64,000 bases of DNA from Klebsormidium nitens (lineage: Eukaryota; Plantae; Klebsormidiophyceae). Below, in pieces: positions 33,601-45,048 of this stretch. The notes beneath the pieces are model-generated. The model worked only from the letters and a program-made list of their open reading frames with translations. It was not told the DNA's origin and ran no database searches. The stretch spans positions 188,160-252,159 of the forward strand of contig DF236996.1 of assembly GCA_000708835.1 (NCBI GenBank). Direction: 5' to 3'. Numbering within the stretch: position 1 is the stretch's first letter; the number at the start of each line of letters is the position of its first letter. A program made the translations under genes and the position numbers.

Positions 33601-36600
33601 ACAACTTCGGGGATTCTGTGCAAACGACGCTGTTCCGATAGCCACTCCAAATCATGAGCATAAGCTTACTAATACAGAAGTGGCACTGACCTTGTTGTTG
33701 AGGTCGACCCACCGTGCCATGCGAGAATTTACACGTTTTTGTTTTCTCTTTGATAACCCGTTTCCGTTTTCTTCCAGAACGGGATCGCGGTGAGCAACTT
33801 TGGGGACTGCGTTCACACGGCGGACCTGCCGGGCGGCGACGTGAAGGGCTACGACGAGTCCAAGTACGGCTCCAAGTACCACAACAAGCTCGTGCAGTTC
33901 CAGACGCACAAGTTCGCGCTCGCGTTTGAAAACAGGTACGATACGCTTTCAGCGGCAATCCCAGTCCCCGAGCGTCGTGTCCAAGAGTCCTCAGCCTGCA
34001 TCCAACATTTCCCTCTGCGTTGTTCACCGGCTTGCTGACGTCATCGTCGTTTCCAGCTTCCAGGAGGATTCCGTTGATGAAAGAGTACTTTTGTGCTCCC
34101 GCTGCAGGCAGTCTCCCCGCAGTCTCCTTCTTTCCAGGGCGCTTGCAACCTGCTGACGTCATCGTACCCCTCTGCTGACGTCGTTATACGCAGCGAAAGG
34201 AACTCGTCCTGGAGACATGTTTTCCTCACGTGCTCGCGATTGCATTTCCTACATCCGCTCCTTTCACGCTCACGTGATACTCGATGTCATCGTCCTTCCT
34301 CCCAGCTCGGGACGAGGACTACATTGCTTCTTCAAGTGCTCGCGGCGGGCAGTCTCCCTGTAGTAAGGCGTTCACAATCTGCTGACGTGATCGTTCCCCT
34401 CTGCTTACGTCACTTCCCCATGCTGCAGCTGTGAGGACGATTACGTCACGGAAAAGTTCTTCCACGCGCTTGCGGCGGGCAGCGTCCCGGTCGTTGTGGG
34501 CGCCCCCAACACGGCGCACTTTGCGCCCGCACCAAACTCGTACCTGCAAATCGCGTCGGAAGGAGAAATTCCTGTGGTTGCTGAAAAGATGAGGTAGGAT
34601 TTTCAAGGACTGGGACATTCCGACAGCTCTTGGTCGCAACGTCTGGCACCGCCTTCTGCGTCTGTGCCAGAATCGGACGTGCACACTGCGTTGAATGGAA
34701 AGGTCGCCAAAAAGATGAGGCACGATCTGCGTCCGTAGAGTTTCTCAGGCCGGACGCCTAGCATGAATGTCTGCGCTCGGGCTAAAGTCGTTACCTGCAC
34801 ATCGCTTCGAGAGGGTTTCTTTCGTCGCCGTAAAAAGGAATACGCTGGCGGAGACAGTCTTCGTTGTTTGACGAGCTTTTTACTTTGGCTCTTCCAGCAC
34901 GTTGCGCTGACTCTTACTATTGCGCTGAGTAATTTGTGCGTATGATATTCACAAGCTATCAAAGAAGCGCTGCGGTCTGTTGGCAAGTTTGATGTTCGAC
35001 ACCGGACCAGATTCCCACATTTCAAAGGCGCAGTTACTTGATGCAAATGAGACCGCATACACTGAGTCATGGACCTGGAAAGCGTACGGGATCTCGCAAA
35101 ACTCAAACTCGCCATCATCTTCACCGGCCCCAGAACCTTGAAAATCTCGAACTTGAAACCTGGTGCAGGCGTTGGTGTTAAATGATGATCGAGACAGCGT
35201 ATGCTGAGATGCTGGCCTGGATTCTTGATCAGAACTGCGCAGGTGTCAATTGAGAACGGGACGGCATACGCCGGGATGCTGGGCCTAAATCCGATCCGAG
35301 AAAGGCGCAGGTAGTCGAGGAATTCTGAGCGGGCAGACGGCGCGATGCTGGCCCAAAACCAGAACTAAATACGCGCAGGTACTTAATGGAGAACGAGACA
35401 GCATATGCTGAGATGTTGGCCTGGAAGACGGCCGGCCCTTCCGACGCGTTCAAGGCCTTGATGGACCTTCAAGCGGTGCATCCGACGTGCCGCTTATGTC
35501 AGCACGTGGCCTACCGGTTGCGGGAGCGGGAGGAAGCGGCGTGGCGGCAAACGCATGCGCCCCCGCCGTGCTATTGCCAGGTGAGACTTCGAGTTTTGCA
35601 TAACCGAGAATTTAGGGATTTCTGGTTTTAGGGGCAGGGTTTTCGAGATTTGGGCGATTCGCCTGACGGGCAGCTTGTGTCAGCACGTGGCCTACCGGTT
35701 ACGGGAACGGGAGGAGGCGGCGCGGCGGCAGACGCACTCGCCCCTGCCGTGCGATTGCCAGGTGAGACTCTTGGGTTTTGCATAACCGCGGGTTAGGGGT
35801 TAAGGATGTTAGGATTTTCGAGACTTGCGGGCGGGTCGCCTGACGTGCCGCTGATGTCAGCACGTGGCCTTCCGGCCGGCTAAGGGAGCGGAATAAGGAG
35901 GCATGGCGGCGGAAGCATGCAGCGCCGCCATGCTACTGTCTGGTGAGGATCCTTGAGTTTCAGAACCCTGAGTTCAGTGGTTTCAGGGGTTTAGTAACTT
36001 ACGCCATTGCATGTGACGTAGTCTTTGAGTGGGAGCGGAAGAAGCAGGTTTGGCGGCGAAACATGCGGCGCCGCAGTGCTACTGTCAGGTGACATTTTTG
36101 GTCTCAGAACCCGGTGTTTCTTGGATTTAGGGCTTCTGAGATTTGAGGCGGTGCACTCGTTGTGTCGCTTGTAGCCGTACGTCCCCTTTGCTTGCGGGAA
36201 CAAGGAGAGAGTTGTGGACAATCCTTCGTTCAAGTCGCTGCCACTCTGCATGGAAGGTAGTCTGCGGGGCTTGCTGCCATTCACAGTTGCGAACTTCCCC
36301 CTGATCTGACGTTCTCTCAATGCGTTCAGGAAACAACGGAAAAGGGGGAGAAGCGGAGTTCGTACACGCTTCTTGTACGGGAAAGGGGTTTGTCAAGATT
36401 CCGGCCGCTAGTGCTCGACGCCTTAGCCTTGAGAGGCTTGGCAAATCTAGAAGCTGCGGTGTTGGAAGAGTTCAAACGCTTGGGTCACGAACCGGTTTGG
36501 ATGAAAACCAGGGCGGCCGCCGGGGTTAAGACAACGAGTTGGCGGGTATACAAGTTGTATCCGATTGGCTTGACTCAGAAACAAGCGTTGTTTGGGGGAA

Positions 36601-36680
36601 GGGTTTGGGAGTCCGATGCGGACCTCTTGAACTACTTGTCGAGGAACCCGTGTCCGAAATTTGAGGTCGTGTTTGTATGA
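30607..36680 (+). CDS. FUT11: Glycoprotein 3-alpha-L-fucosyltransferase (GT10, plant core alpha-1,3-FucT A-like), type II membrane, 7 exons
   Basis: Exons 30607-31432 (TM and long stem), 31969-32202 ([10 protein letters not shown]), 32738-32868 (AAAFISNC), 33778-33935 ([10 protein letters not shown]), 34429-34593 ([24 protein letters not shown], the FucT motif), 35379-35580 (AYAEMLAWK...HPTCRLC) and 36330-36680 (VRERG...[11 protein letters not shown]). Phases are consistent. Confidence 0.95.
33350..33830 (+). repeat. Exon echoes: two decayed copies of the FucT exon 4 acceptor region (~175-bp period)
   Basis: ggtcgaccca(c/t)...gag(a/c)...aacaactt(t/c)gggga(c/t)t at ~33360-33455 and ~33530-33630 versus the real ccag|aacgggatcgcggtgagcaactttggggactgcgttc at 33778. 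Confidence 0.85.
34030..34725 (+). repeat. Exon echoes around FucT exon 5
   Basis: Three upstream copies, each preceded by ctgacgt(c/g) and containing ..gaggac/gaggat...gcgggcagtctccc-like sequence (~34050, ~34170, ~34295), plus a short downstream copy aaaagatgaggcacg (~34708) of the exon end aaaagatgag|gtagg. Confidence 0.7.
35170..36095 (+). repeat. Exon echoes around FucT exon 6 (two acceptor-side, three donor-side)
   Basis: gagacagcgtatgctgagatgctggcctgg (~35190) and gagaacgggacggcatacgccgggatgctgg (~35250) lie upstream. Downstream, copies of the exon end finish at 35761, 35942 and 36088 (periods 181, 181 and 146 bp), each followed by GTGA. Confidence 0.92.
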
Positions 36681-37692
36681 CCATAGAGATCAAAGTCCTG
36701 TATATTGTGACGGTAGTTGAGGTCAAGGCCCGGGAATTGCACACAACTTGAAAGCTGAAATATCGTCGCAAACACATGACCAGGTCCAAATGGGATTTGA
36801 ATCAATTATAGATGTCCTGCATGTCTCTGATTGGTGCCGCGCTGCGGGCATGGGGTCCGCAATGTAATGGTGGGAGCCCTGAGTCGTGTTTGAAAAACTT
36901 TGTCCGGCCGAATGCTGCCACGTTACTTTAATCTATCATATCAGCAACTCTATAGCTGATTTCATTTCAACGATAGCCGCGCCGCATCGGTGCACGTGAA
37001 AAGTAGTATAGGGTATACCTGATTGTCGTGACAACGTGCGCGCTAGGCGCGTGTACGCATGTCAACACAATTGTAAGGGCTACACGCCGGTATACGACCG
37101 TCTATCACTTTGTTCATCCGGTGCGACTTGTAATCAAGTCGGTTGCCTCATTGTCTCGATCGAGGGCAGGCTGCATGAGGCACACGATCTGCATCCAATG
37201 GCCTGCAAGCCTGGTACCGGGAGAAGTTGGATCGATCGACCCTTCGATCTCCGTATGTTGTGGCCCGGACCTCCATCGAAGCCCACACATCATTGAGAAG
37301 GGTTGTAGCTAGGTGCTACTACTAGATCGTAGCCTATCTTTAGGATCTGGGATAGACGGTACGAACGGTGCGGTGGTGCACGTTCTTCAAAACTCATACC
37401 ACGCAGCATGATGTCTACGTCCAAGTGAAACGACTTGTTGTATACGTTGCTTCGAACGATGCTGCAGATCTCCCTAGCTCCGCTGCACATTTTCACCAAG
37501 CGCAAGGGACATTCACCATCGCAACTACAAGAAGCCGGTGTTCTTATTATGTGTGGCTCGAGGATGTTTGTAGGCATGAGAACGCGCCTGAGTCGTTTTC
37601 AGCCTCTACAGGCGTTGAAAACTGCAGCTAGCCTGGAAAATACATGCTATGTTTGAGCACGCTACTCTTGCGACTTTACAAGTCAACGTGTT

Positions 37693-40600
37693 CTATGGCG
37701 CCTTTCTTACTCGCTGCGCTTCCACTTTGAAACAGACGCGCCCTGAGGGATCCAGATACTCCTTGGCTTGCATTGCCTGGTCCCAAGGCAGCCCGAGCGC
37801 ATCTAAAAAGCCATGGCTATGGTCCTGTGCAAACATTTTGCTGGCGCTAACATTTGTCCCGGAGTGAATCTGCTTCCACGTCTTTTCAGGCCATGTTTTG
37901 ACGAGGAAGTCGATCCTGATTTCAATGCCTGGCTCAAGCTCGGTTGCCGTTGCACCGACGTATAAGAAGACGCCCACGGTTGGCGGAGACTTCCGGAAAA
38001 CTTTTTGAACTGCAAAATGCCAACGCTGTCCTAGCCAGCGTACCGACTTCGACTTTGCTGTCCTTCCGTCACTATCCAGCCGGACGGAGTCGACTATCTC
38101 AACCCTGCTGCTTCGCCGGGAAGGGAAAAACTGCGAAGCGACCCCTGCCAACTCCAGCATGTCGATGCTCTTCCGAAAGTCGTTCCGGACAAGGTCCAAT
38201 TCGGGCAGGCGGAAAAGCGCACTGTTCACAAACGCCTCCCCAAAAGAATGCGGTCTCAAGTGCGGCGCAAGCCTCGCAACGGCCCGCTTCCTCTCGTTCA
38301 AGTCCGAAAAGTGTGTGCCGATCCACACGAGAAGCTTCTCCAGAATCACCTCCTCATGATCCACTTCGAGCTCGTCAGATCGTAGCAGAAGCTTAATCTG
38401 CCCCCAGCTCAGGTCAAGGAACTCCGCTGAAGTCCACGTCGCATTGACGTCTTTGAACGTGTCAATGACGTAAGTGCGTGCTTTATCCACCAGTGCTTTG
38501 ACATCTGGGAACTGCTCAGTGAGGACCTCAGGGAGCGAGTCCGCGAGCGTTGCAGCGTCGGACATTTTCCACTCGCGTTCCGTTATGCACTTCAGAACGG
38601 CGCCCGTAAAGGACGGAACCTCAAACTTGTCGGCCACGAGGAGAAGAGACACGAGCTCGCGCATTTGCGCGCCCGCGGTTTGCAGCCGCGCCGACAATCC
38701 GCCCGTGTAGATGAAGCGGAGCATCTCCTTGAAGGCGACTTCTTCTGCAGTCGAAGAAGACACGAGTGAATCGAAAGTTTCGTCTGAAACCTGATCCAGA
38801 AAAACCAGCTTATCTCTTGGTAATCGTTCCTACTACGCGCACAGTTACTCAGAAAGTATATATACCGCTGAAAAGAAGCTTGTCGAAGTCAGAAATAGTT
38901 GTCGACCTTGCAGATCATCTATGCAAGAAAATTGCTTGGGCTCGAAGACAGCTCAAGGCGTCAAGCGACGGCGGCAAGCAACCAAGTTTAGCTGTCGCGT
39001 GCCAAAACAAGCAAGGTTTCAAGACTGCTAATCCAGAAGCAGCAGGACCCGGAGGGTAATACAGATTCTATTCAAAGCAGAGGGGCGGCAATGCTCGAAC
39101 GTTCTGTTAATGCACAATTCACTGGAAAAGTATAAGAGTTCCCGTGCACTCCATGCCTTCTTATCTATCGCAAGGTTGTCGAATCTTTTTCGAATCCAAT
39201 GTACTTTTATCTGGCGACCATTGAAGCAGAACTACTCCTCACGGAAGAACTTCAGATTCTATGGGACAGATCCATGGCACAGACTGTGTCGGTCACACGG
39301 GCGAATGACCACTTGTACAAACAATTCTTACCTGCAGCGGTGACTCTTAATATCACGGCCTTGGTCTTGTCCGACTCCTTCATGCCATTGAACAGCATAG
39401 CCTTCAGCACACGGCTCTTCGCGGCTACCACAATCGCGTTTACCGGAATCTCGTCACACTCGACGTCTACCCTCGTTCTGGGAAAGGGCGCGGAGGGTTC
39501 CGTTCCGGCTTCCAAGGAAGACGGAACAGATCGTGGCTGCCCTTCAGTTGTGGAGGCGGCTCCCAGAAGGCGGAGCATACTTTCGAACACCGTGCTAGAA
39601 GCTACAGGGCTCGAAACCCCTGTAAAATGAAAAGTTGGGAGACAATTGGGACTACTGACCATCCGGATCTTAGTGATCAAGGGTGAACGGAAGATCCTGG
39701 TAATCCTCTTCAGCTTGCTCACAATTGCTAACGGATGAAGATCACCTCTAATCTAAAGTTAGGGTTTATTGATCGACTCTCACAAACGACGTTGATCAAG
39801 CCACAAGCGATTGCCTATTCAAAGCCATTCCAAGACAGCCTTTCATCCGAACTTGCGGACATTCGAGCAGCCGCGCAATGGCGCTTCCGGATTCAATCAG
39901 CATCAAAGCGATTTCGTCTTTGATCTTTCAGAGCACCTGGATCATCCTTCGCAAGTAAAGCTTTGCTACTCACCCGCCGGTTCCCTTACAAACTCCAGCT
40001 TGAAAACACGGTCGCAGAACTCCGCTTTCCTGCACGTACGGATCGGCCACCAAATATCACTTCACCCTTCACAAGGATACTTTTCAGGACACCAAAAGTA
40101 GATTGTGTGCCGCTTGTGAGTTCCGCCTTACCCACCATGGCCGCAAAGAACACTGATGTGGCATTACGTGGTCTGAATGCTTTGTTAAGAAGGGACCTCA
40201 CCGGACCTATAAAAGTGGGTTCGGAGGGTATGACACCAATATCGTCCAGAATCAATTAGTTGGTGACTAGTATCCAATCAAGTCCTCTCTTGCATCCAAA
40301 AGAGCTTGAGTTGGGGTTTCAGAAGGTTTTCTGTACTATTAATCGAAAGATAGCACCCTTCGAGGCTTCTTATTTCATTGGTGACTGTGTACTCAGGAGA
40401 TATGGCAATTGGACGCTTGATCGACTAGATTTTGTGTCTTATTTTGCAGCATCCTATAAGATGCATAATACTGTATTTCTCTGAAGCATTGTTCCTTTAA
40501 AGGGGATTGAAAGAAATTCTTCCACGTTTGAAGATAACCCCCTTTACCGTGACCAAAGTGCCTCATCACCAAAGTAACTTCAAGTAATTGATTGCTGTCG

Positions 40601-40888
40601 GTTCTATGCGCTAGAGAATCACTAGTATCGGTCGTCTTAAGCAGTCACTCTGTTTGGTGAACAAAAGCGGATCTTCTTCATGTGCAAGTGTTGATTGAAT
40701 GATGATTCTTTGTGTACCTGTAGTTTTCAGCAAGCTTCATTCTGATTGGTCAAAGAAAACCCAACTTGTGTAAAAAAGCCTCACTGGTAGAAAGGAGAAA
40801 AGTCGAAGTGGTTGCCGGCTTCATGAAGCTGATCTCGCGTCACTTCAGGTCCCTTGAACAAACTTGTTTTGGAGGAAGCGGACCCCAT
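37693..40888 (-). CDS. BTB/POZ-BACK protein with MATH-like C-terminus (POB1/LRB-like), 4 coding exons, ~499 aa
   Basis: Exons 40888-40785 (MGSASSKT...GNHFDFSPFY), 40029-39974 (QKAEFCDRVFKLEF), 39619-39332 (IPVNAIVVAAKSRVLKAMLFNGMKES) and 38744-37693 (AFKEMLRFIYTG...LLLVADKFEV...EFLDLS...LLRSDELEVDHEE...). The total of 1500 nt is in frame with GT-AG introns. Confidence 0.9.
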
Positions 40889-41095
40889 GAGTTGGCGCCT
40901 TTTGCTAGACTTCCGGTGACCTGCGAGAAACGATTGTATGCTGACGGAGCTTCAACGAGAGATCTGCACGCTGGCAAGAGTTCCTCAACGATGACCAACT
41001 ACAGTAACCTATCTGGCTCGCGTGTGCGCTGTATGCTGGAGTAGCGTGAAGCAACTGTGGCGTTCCTCGAAGCAACTGATGTGAAGCTTCACAGC

Positions 41096-41245
41096 TACTG
41101 ATAGAGGAAGTGAATGCGGCCGGATGAAAGATGCAGTTTGTGCGCGGGCCGCTCATGCCGCAGCGCCGCAGCGCCGCAGCGGCACGCGGCCGCGGCTGCT
41201 CTTCCCGCTCGACGGCCGCATACAGGTTGACTTACACTGTAAATT
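41096..41245. promoter_or_regulatory. GC-rich 150-bp palindrome spacer, putative shared bidirectional core promoter
   Basis: This is the only unduplicated DNA between the two mirrored putative 5'-UTR exons. It contains (gccgcagc)x3 and gcggccgcggc. Confidence 0.45.
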
Positions 41246-41444
41246 GCTGTGAAGCGTCACGTCGAGGAACCGCCACAGTTGCTTCACGCTACTCCAGCAT
41301 ACAGCTCACACACGGGAAAGATATGGTACTGTAGTGGCTTATGGTTCAACAATTCTAGCCAGCGTGCGCCAGATCTCTCTGAAGCTCCGTCAGCTACAAT
41401 CGTTTCTCGCAGGTCACCGGCAGTCTAGCAAAAGGCGCCAACTC

Positions 41445-44400
41445 ATGGGGTCCGCTTCCTCCAGAATGGGTTTGTTCACCGGAGCTGAATTGACGCGAGA
41501 TCAGCTTCATGAAGCCGGCAACCACTTTGACTTTGCTCCTTTCTACCAGTGAGGTTTTCCCACAAAAGTGTGCTTAAGTTGAATAGACAAGATTGAATGA
41601 AGCTTGCTGTAAACGATATGGGGTACAGGTATACAAAGAAAATTCCTTCTATCGGCTCTAGCACATGCGTGAGATCCGCTTTTGTTCAAGTCACAGATTT
41701 ATCACTGCTTAAGGAAAGCGATATTAGTGTTGCTCCAGCGAAGAGAAGCAACATACAACGTCATGAATTTGGTGATGAAGTTTGATACGGTTCGTCGGTT
41801 TTAGCATTTATTATTGATTGCTGAACATATCGTCGTGTTTACAATGAAGGCTTCTCCACAGCGCTAGGGTGATACATCTCATCGAAAGCTGCAAAAGAAG
41901 CTGCAGAAGCTTAGTCGATCAAGCGTCCCCTCTCAAATCTACAGTGCAACAGTCACCATTGAAATGTTCAACGTGAATAGTCGTTCTTTGGATCGCTCTT
42001 TGGACCAATCTAGGACTCCTGCTGAAACTCCAACCAACCTGCTTCAGACTTGAGGCAGGGGAGTTATTAAAAACGATACATACCAACTTCATTCTGGTGG
42101 ATATTATTGGATCAACCGCCTTCTCTTGAATTCCAAACCTAGTTTAGAGTCTGGTCCGCTCTTACCAAGCATAAATACCATACACGAACGCTTATGTGTT
42201 CGTTGCGGCCCTGGGTAGTCAGGTGAATATCACAAGTCGCACCCTGTCTACCTTTTGGTTTCTACACATAAATCCTCGTGAAGGCGAACTGACACTTGGA
42301 CGCAATTGGTGCGTGCAGAAATGCGGAGTTCTGCGACCGCATTTTTAGGCTGGAGACTGCGATCGAACCGGCGGGTGAGTTACGGACCAGAATTCTCCGA
42401 TTGTGTGTGATTGTACTCGTCAAAAGAAGTGCGTCGTCAGAGATTTACGGGATGATTCAGGTACTCTGTCAATGTCGAAGACGGTTTGCTCTGATGCTAA
42501 GAGATCCTAGGCCAAGAGCGTCATTGAGGGGTTGCTGAAACGTCTGCAAGGTCGGATGCAAGGCTTGCTTGGAATAGCTCTGATCAGGCGATTGCTTGTG
42601 ACTCTTGATCAGCGTAGTCTGCAGGGCGTCAATCGAGAGCCCTGAATCACAATTTAATGTGATCTTCATTCGTGTAGGTTGAAGATCATCATGGAAGCCT
42701 GAGGATTGTTTTGTCTGCCCCACAGTAGCATCCCGATTGCCGGTCGTCTCAAATCTTCTCCAACTTTTTGTTTTACAGGGGTTTCGAGGGATGTAGCCTC
42801 TAGCTCGGTGTTCGAACGCATGCTCCGCTTTCTGGGAGCCGCCTCCACGACTGAAGGGCAGCCACGAATCGTTCCGTCTTCCTCGGACGCCGGAAAGGAA
42901 TCATTCGCGCCCCCTTCCGAAGCAAGGTTAGACGTTGAGTACGAGGAGATACGGGTCAACGCGATTGTGATAGCCGCGTGCTGAAGGCTATGCTGTTCAA
43001 CGGCATGAAGGAGTCGGACAAAAATAAGGCCGTGATCGTAAAAGTTACTGCTGCAGGTGAGGATAATTCAACTATTCGTTCTTTCGTACTGCACCTGATC
43101 CGCAGAGATTGTGCAAAGGACCTCTCTCATCATTTTTGAAACTCCTCAGGTTCTGCGCTACACAAATCATGGGTTTCGAAATCGAAAACCTTGTAAGCAA
43201 CAATTGATAGGACGCAAATTTGAATGGTTGCTTGCCGCCAGCGCTCGACATCTTGAGCTACCTCTGATGTGAAGCATGGTTGTATTAATGTAGGCGATGA
43301 GCAAGGCTGAAAACAATTTCTGACCGCGACAAGGGATCGTTCGGAGCTACCACTTCGAAGCACAAGTGCGCGCCCAGAGACTGAGACACGAACTGTCCAG
43401 ATTTTCAAGACTTGTATTTCATATCTTCGAATCTCGCCTTCTTTGACTGCAGAAAAGGCCGCTTTCCAGGAGATGCTGCGCTTTATCTACACGGGCGGCC
43501 TATCGCCGCGGCTGCGCACAGCGGACGCGCATATGCGCGAGCTTGTGTCTCTTCTCCTCGTGGCTGACAAGTTTGAGGTTCCGACCTTTACGGGCGCCGT
43601 TCTGAAGTGCATAAGGGAACGAGAGTGGAAAGTCTCCGACGCTGCGACGCTGGCAGACTCGATCCCTGAGGTGCTGACTGAGCAGCTGCCAGGACTCAAA
43701 GCAATAGTGGTTAAAGCACGCACTTACATCATTGACACTTTCAAAGACGTCAGCGCGACTTGGACGTCAGGGGAGTTCCTTGACCTGAGCTGGGGTCAAG
43801 TCGAGCTTCTGTTGCAATCTGACGAGCTCGAAGCGGATCATGAGGAAATTGTTCTGGAGAAGCTTCTCGTCTGGATTGGCACATACTTTGCGGACTTGAA
43901 CGAGAGGAAGTGGGCCGTTGCGAGGCTTGCGCCGCACTTAAGACCGCGTTCTTTTGGAGAGGAGTTTCTGAACAGTGCGCTTTTCCGCCTTCCGGAGCTG
44001 GACCTCGTCCGGGACGACATTCGGAAGAGTCTAGGCACCCTGAAGTCGGCAGAGGAGGATGCGGAGAGCTTCCCTCCCCGGCAAAGCAGTAGGCTTGAAA
44101 TAGCCGAGTCCGTCCGGCTAGATAGTGACGGGACGATAGCAAAGTCGAAGTCGGTGCGCTGGTTAGGACAGCTGTGGCGTTTGCAAATTCAAAAAGACTC
44201 CCGAAGCTGTCCGCCGACTGTGGGCATTTTCTTATACGTCGGTGCGCCGGCGACCGAGCTTGAACCAAGCATCGAAATCAGGATCGACTTCCTCGTCAAA
44301 ACATGGCCTGGAAAAACGTGGAAGCAGATTCACGGGTCAGATGTTAAGACCGGCGCATATTTCGCAGAGAACCACAGCTCCGGCTATAAGGACGCGCTCG

Positions 44401-44519
44401 ATATGCCTTGGGATCAAGCAATGCAAGCCAAGGAGTACTTGGATCCCGCAGGCTGCGTCTGTTTCAAAGTCGAAGCGCAGCGAGTAAAGAAGGCGCCAAA
44501 GGGATACATCGAAGTGTGA
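41445..44519 (+). pseudogene. Inverted duplicate of the BTB/BACK gene with a 10-bp frameshifting deletion in exon 3
   Basis: Exons 41445-41548 (104 nt), 42319-42374 (56 nt), 42779-43056 (278 nt versus 288 in the paralogue) and 43453-44519. gccgcg[aagagccgtg]tgctg is collapsed to gccgcgtgctga, giving TGA at 42982-42984. The last exon is still open and roughly 80% identical in protein. Confidence 0.8.
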
Positions 44520-45048
44520 ACTTATCCGCGAGAGTACTAGCGTAATCAAATCTGGCTTTCATTTTTTAGGCTAGCTGCATGCAAGAAGTTGGTAAAAGCT
44601 GTGGAGAGACATATTTCCAGATAAAGGTGCACCGCCTGTAGAGCTTGAGTGCGACTCAAGCGCCTTCTCGTGCTGTTGAGGTCTCGAGTCCAACACTACA
44701 GGTTCGTCGCATGATCAGCCGCTACTTGAGTTCCGCTATCAGGCAACTTCCGGTTCCCTGGGCCTTTTGTTTCATGCATGTAGCACGCTAGCCTACTTTT
44801 TAATTGTTGATACTTTACTTCATGCTGCCCAAAGCATGACAGTATGACTTTTGGACGACTTGGCCAAGTTTTGGCCCTAAAGCTTAGTTGATCTATCAAC
44901 TGATCCATTCAAGTCGTTCAGTCCTGCACTCTGCTATTCTGATCGGTGAAGATCATCGACTTAGTATCTTGCCAGAACTCTCGTCATGACTCGACGTCGG
45001 AGATCTCCCCTTTAGTACCTCAGAAGCTGACTAAACGTTTATAGTTTA

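Larger units (their letters stand above)
37640..44560. repeat. ~7-kb imperfect palindrome (inverted duplication) centred on ~41170
   Basis: Reverse-complement similarity is visible in exons, introns (e.g. 40635-40745 vs 41590-41712; 39960-40260 vs 42100-42380) and 5' UTRs (41030-41095 vs 41246-41305). The unique spacer is 41096-41245. Confidence 0.92.

Noticed and set aside
40775-41560. Highly similar inner inverted arms as a miRNA or hairpin-RNA gene
   Set aside because: The high identity is explained by the conserved first coding exon and 5' UTR of the two BTB paralogues, which have matching splice sites and 104-nt length.
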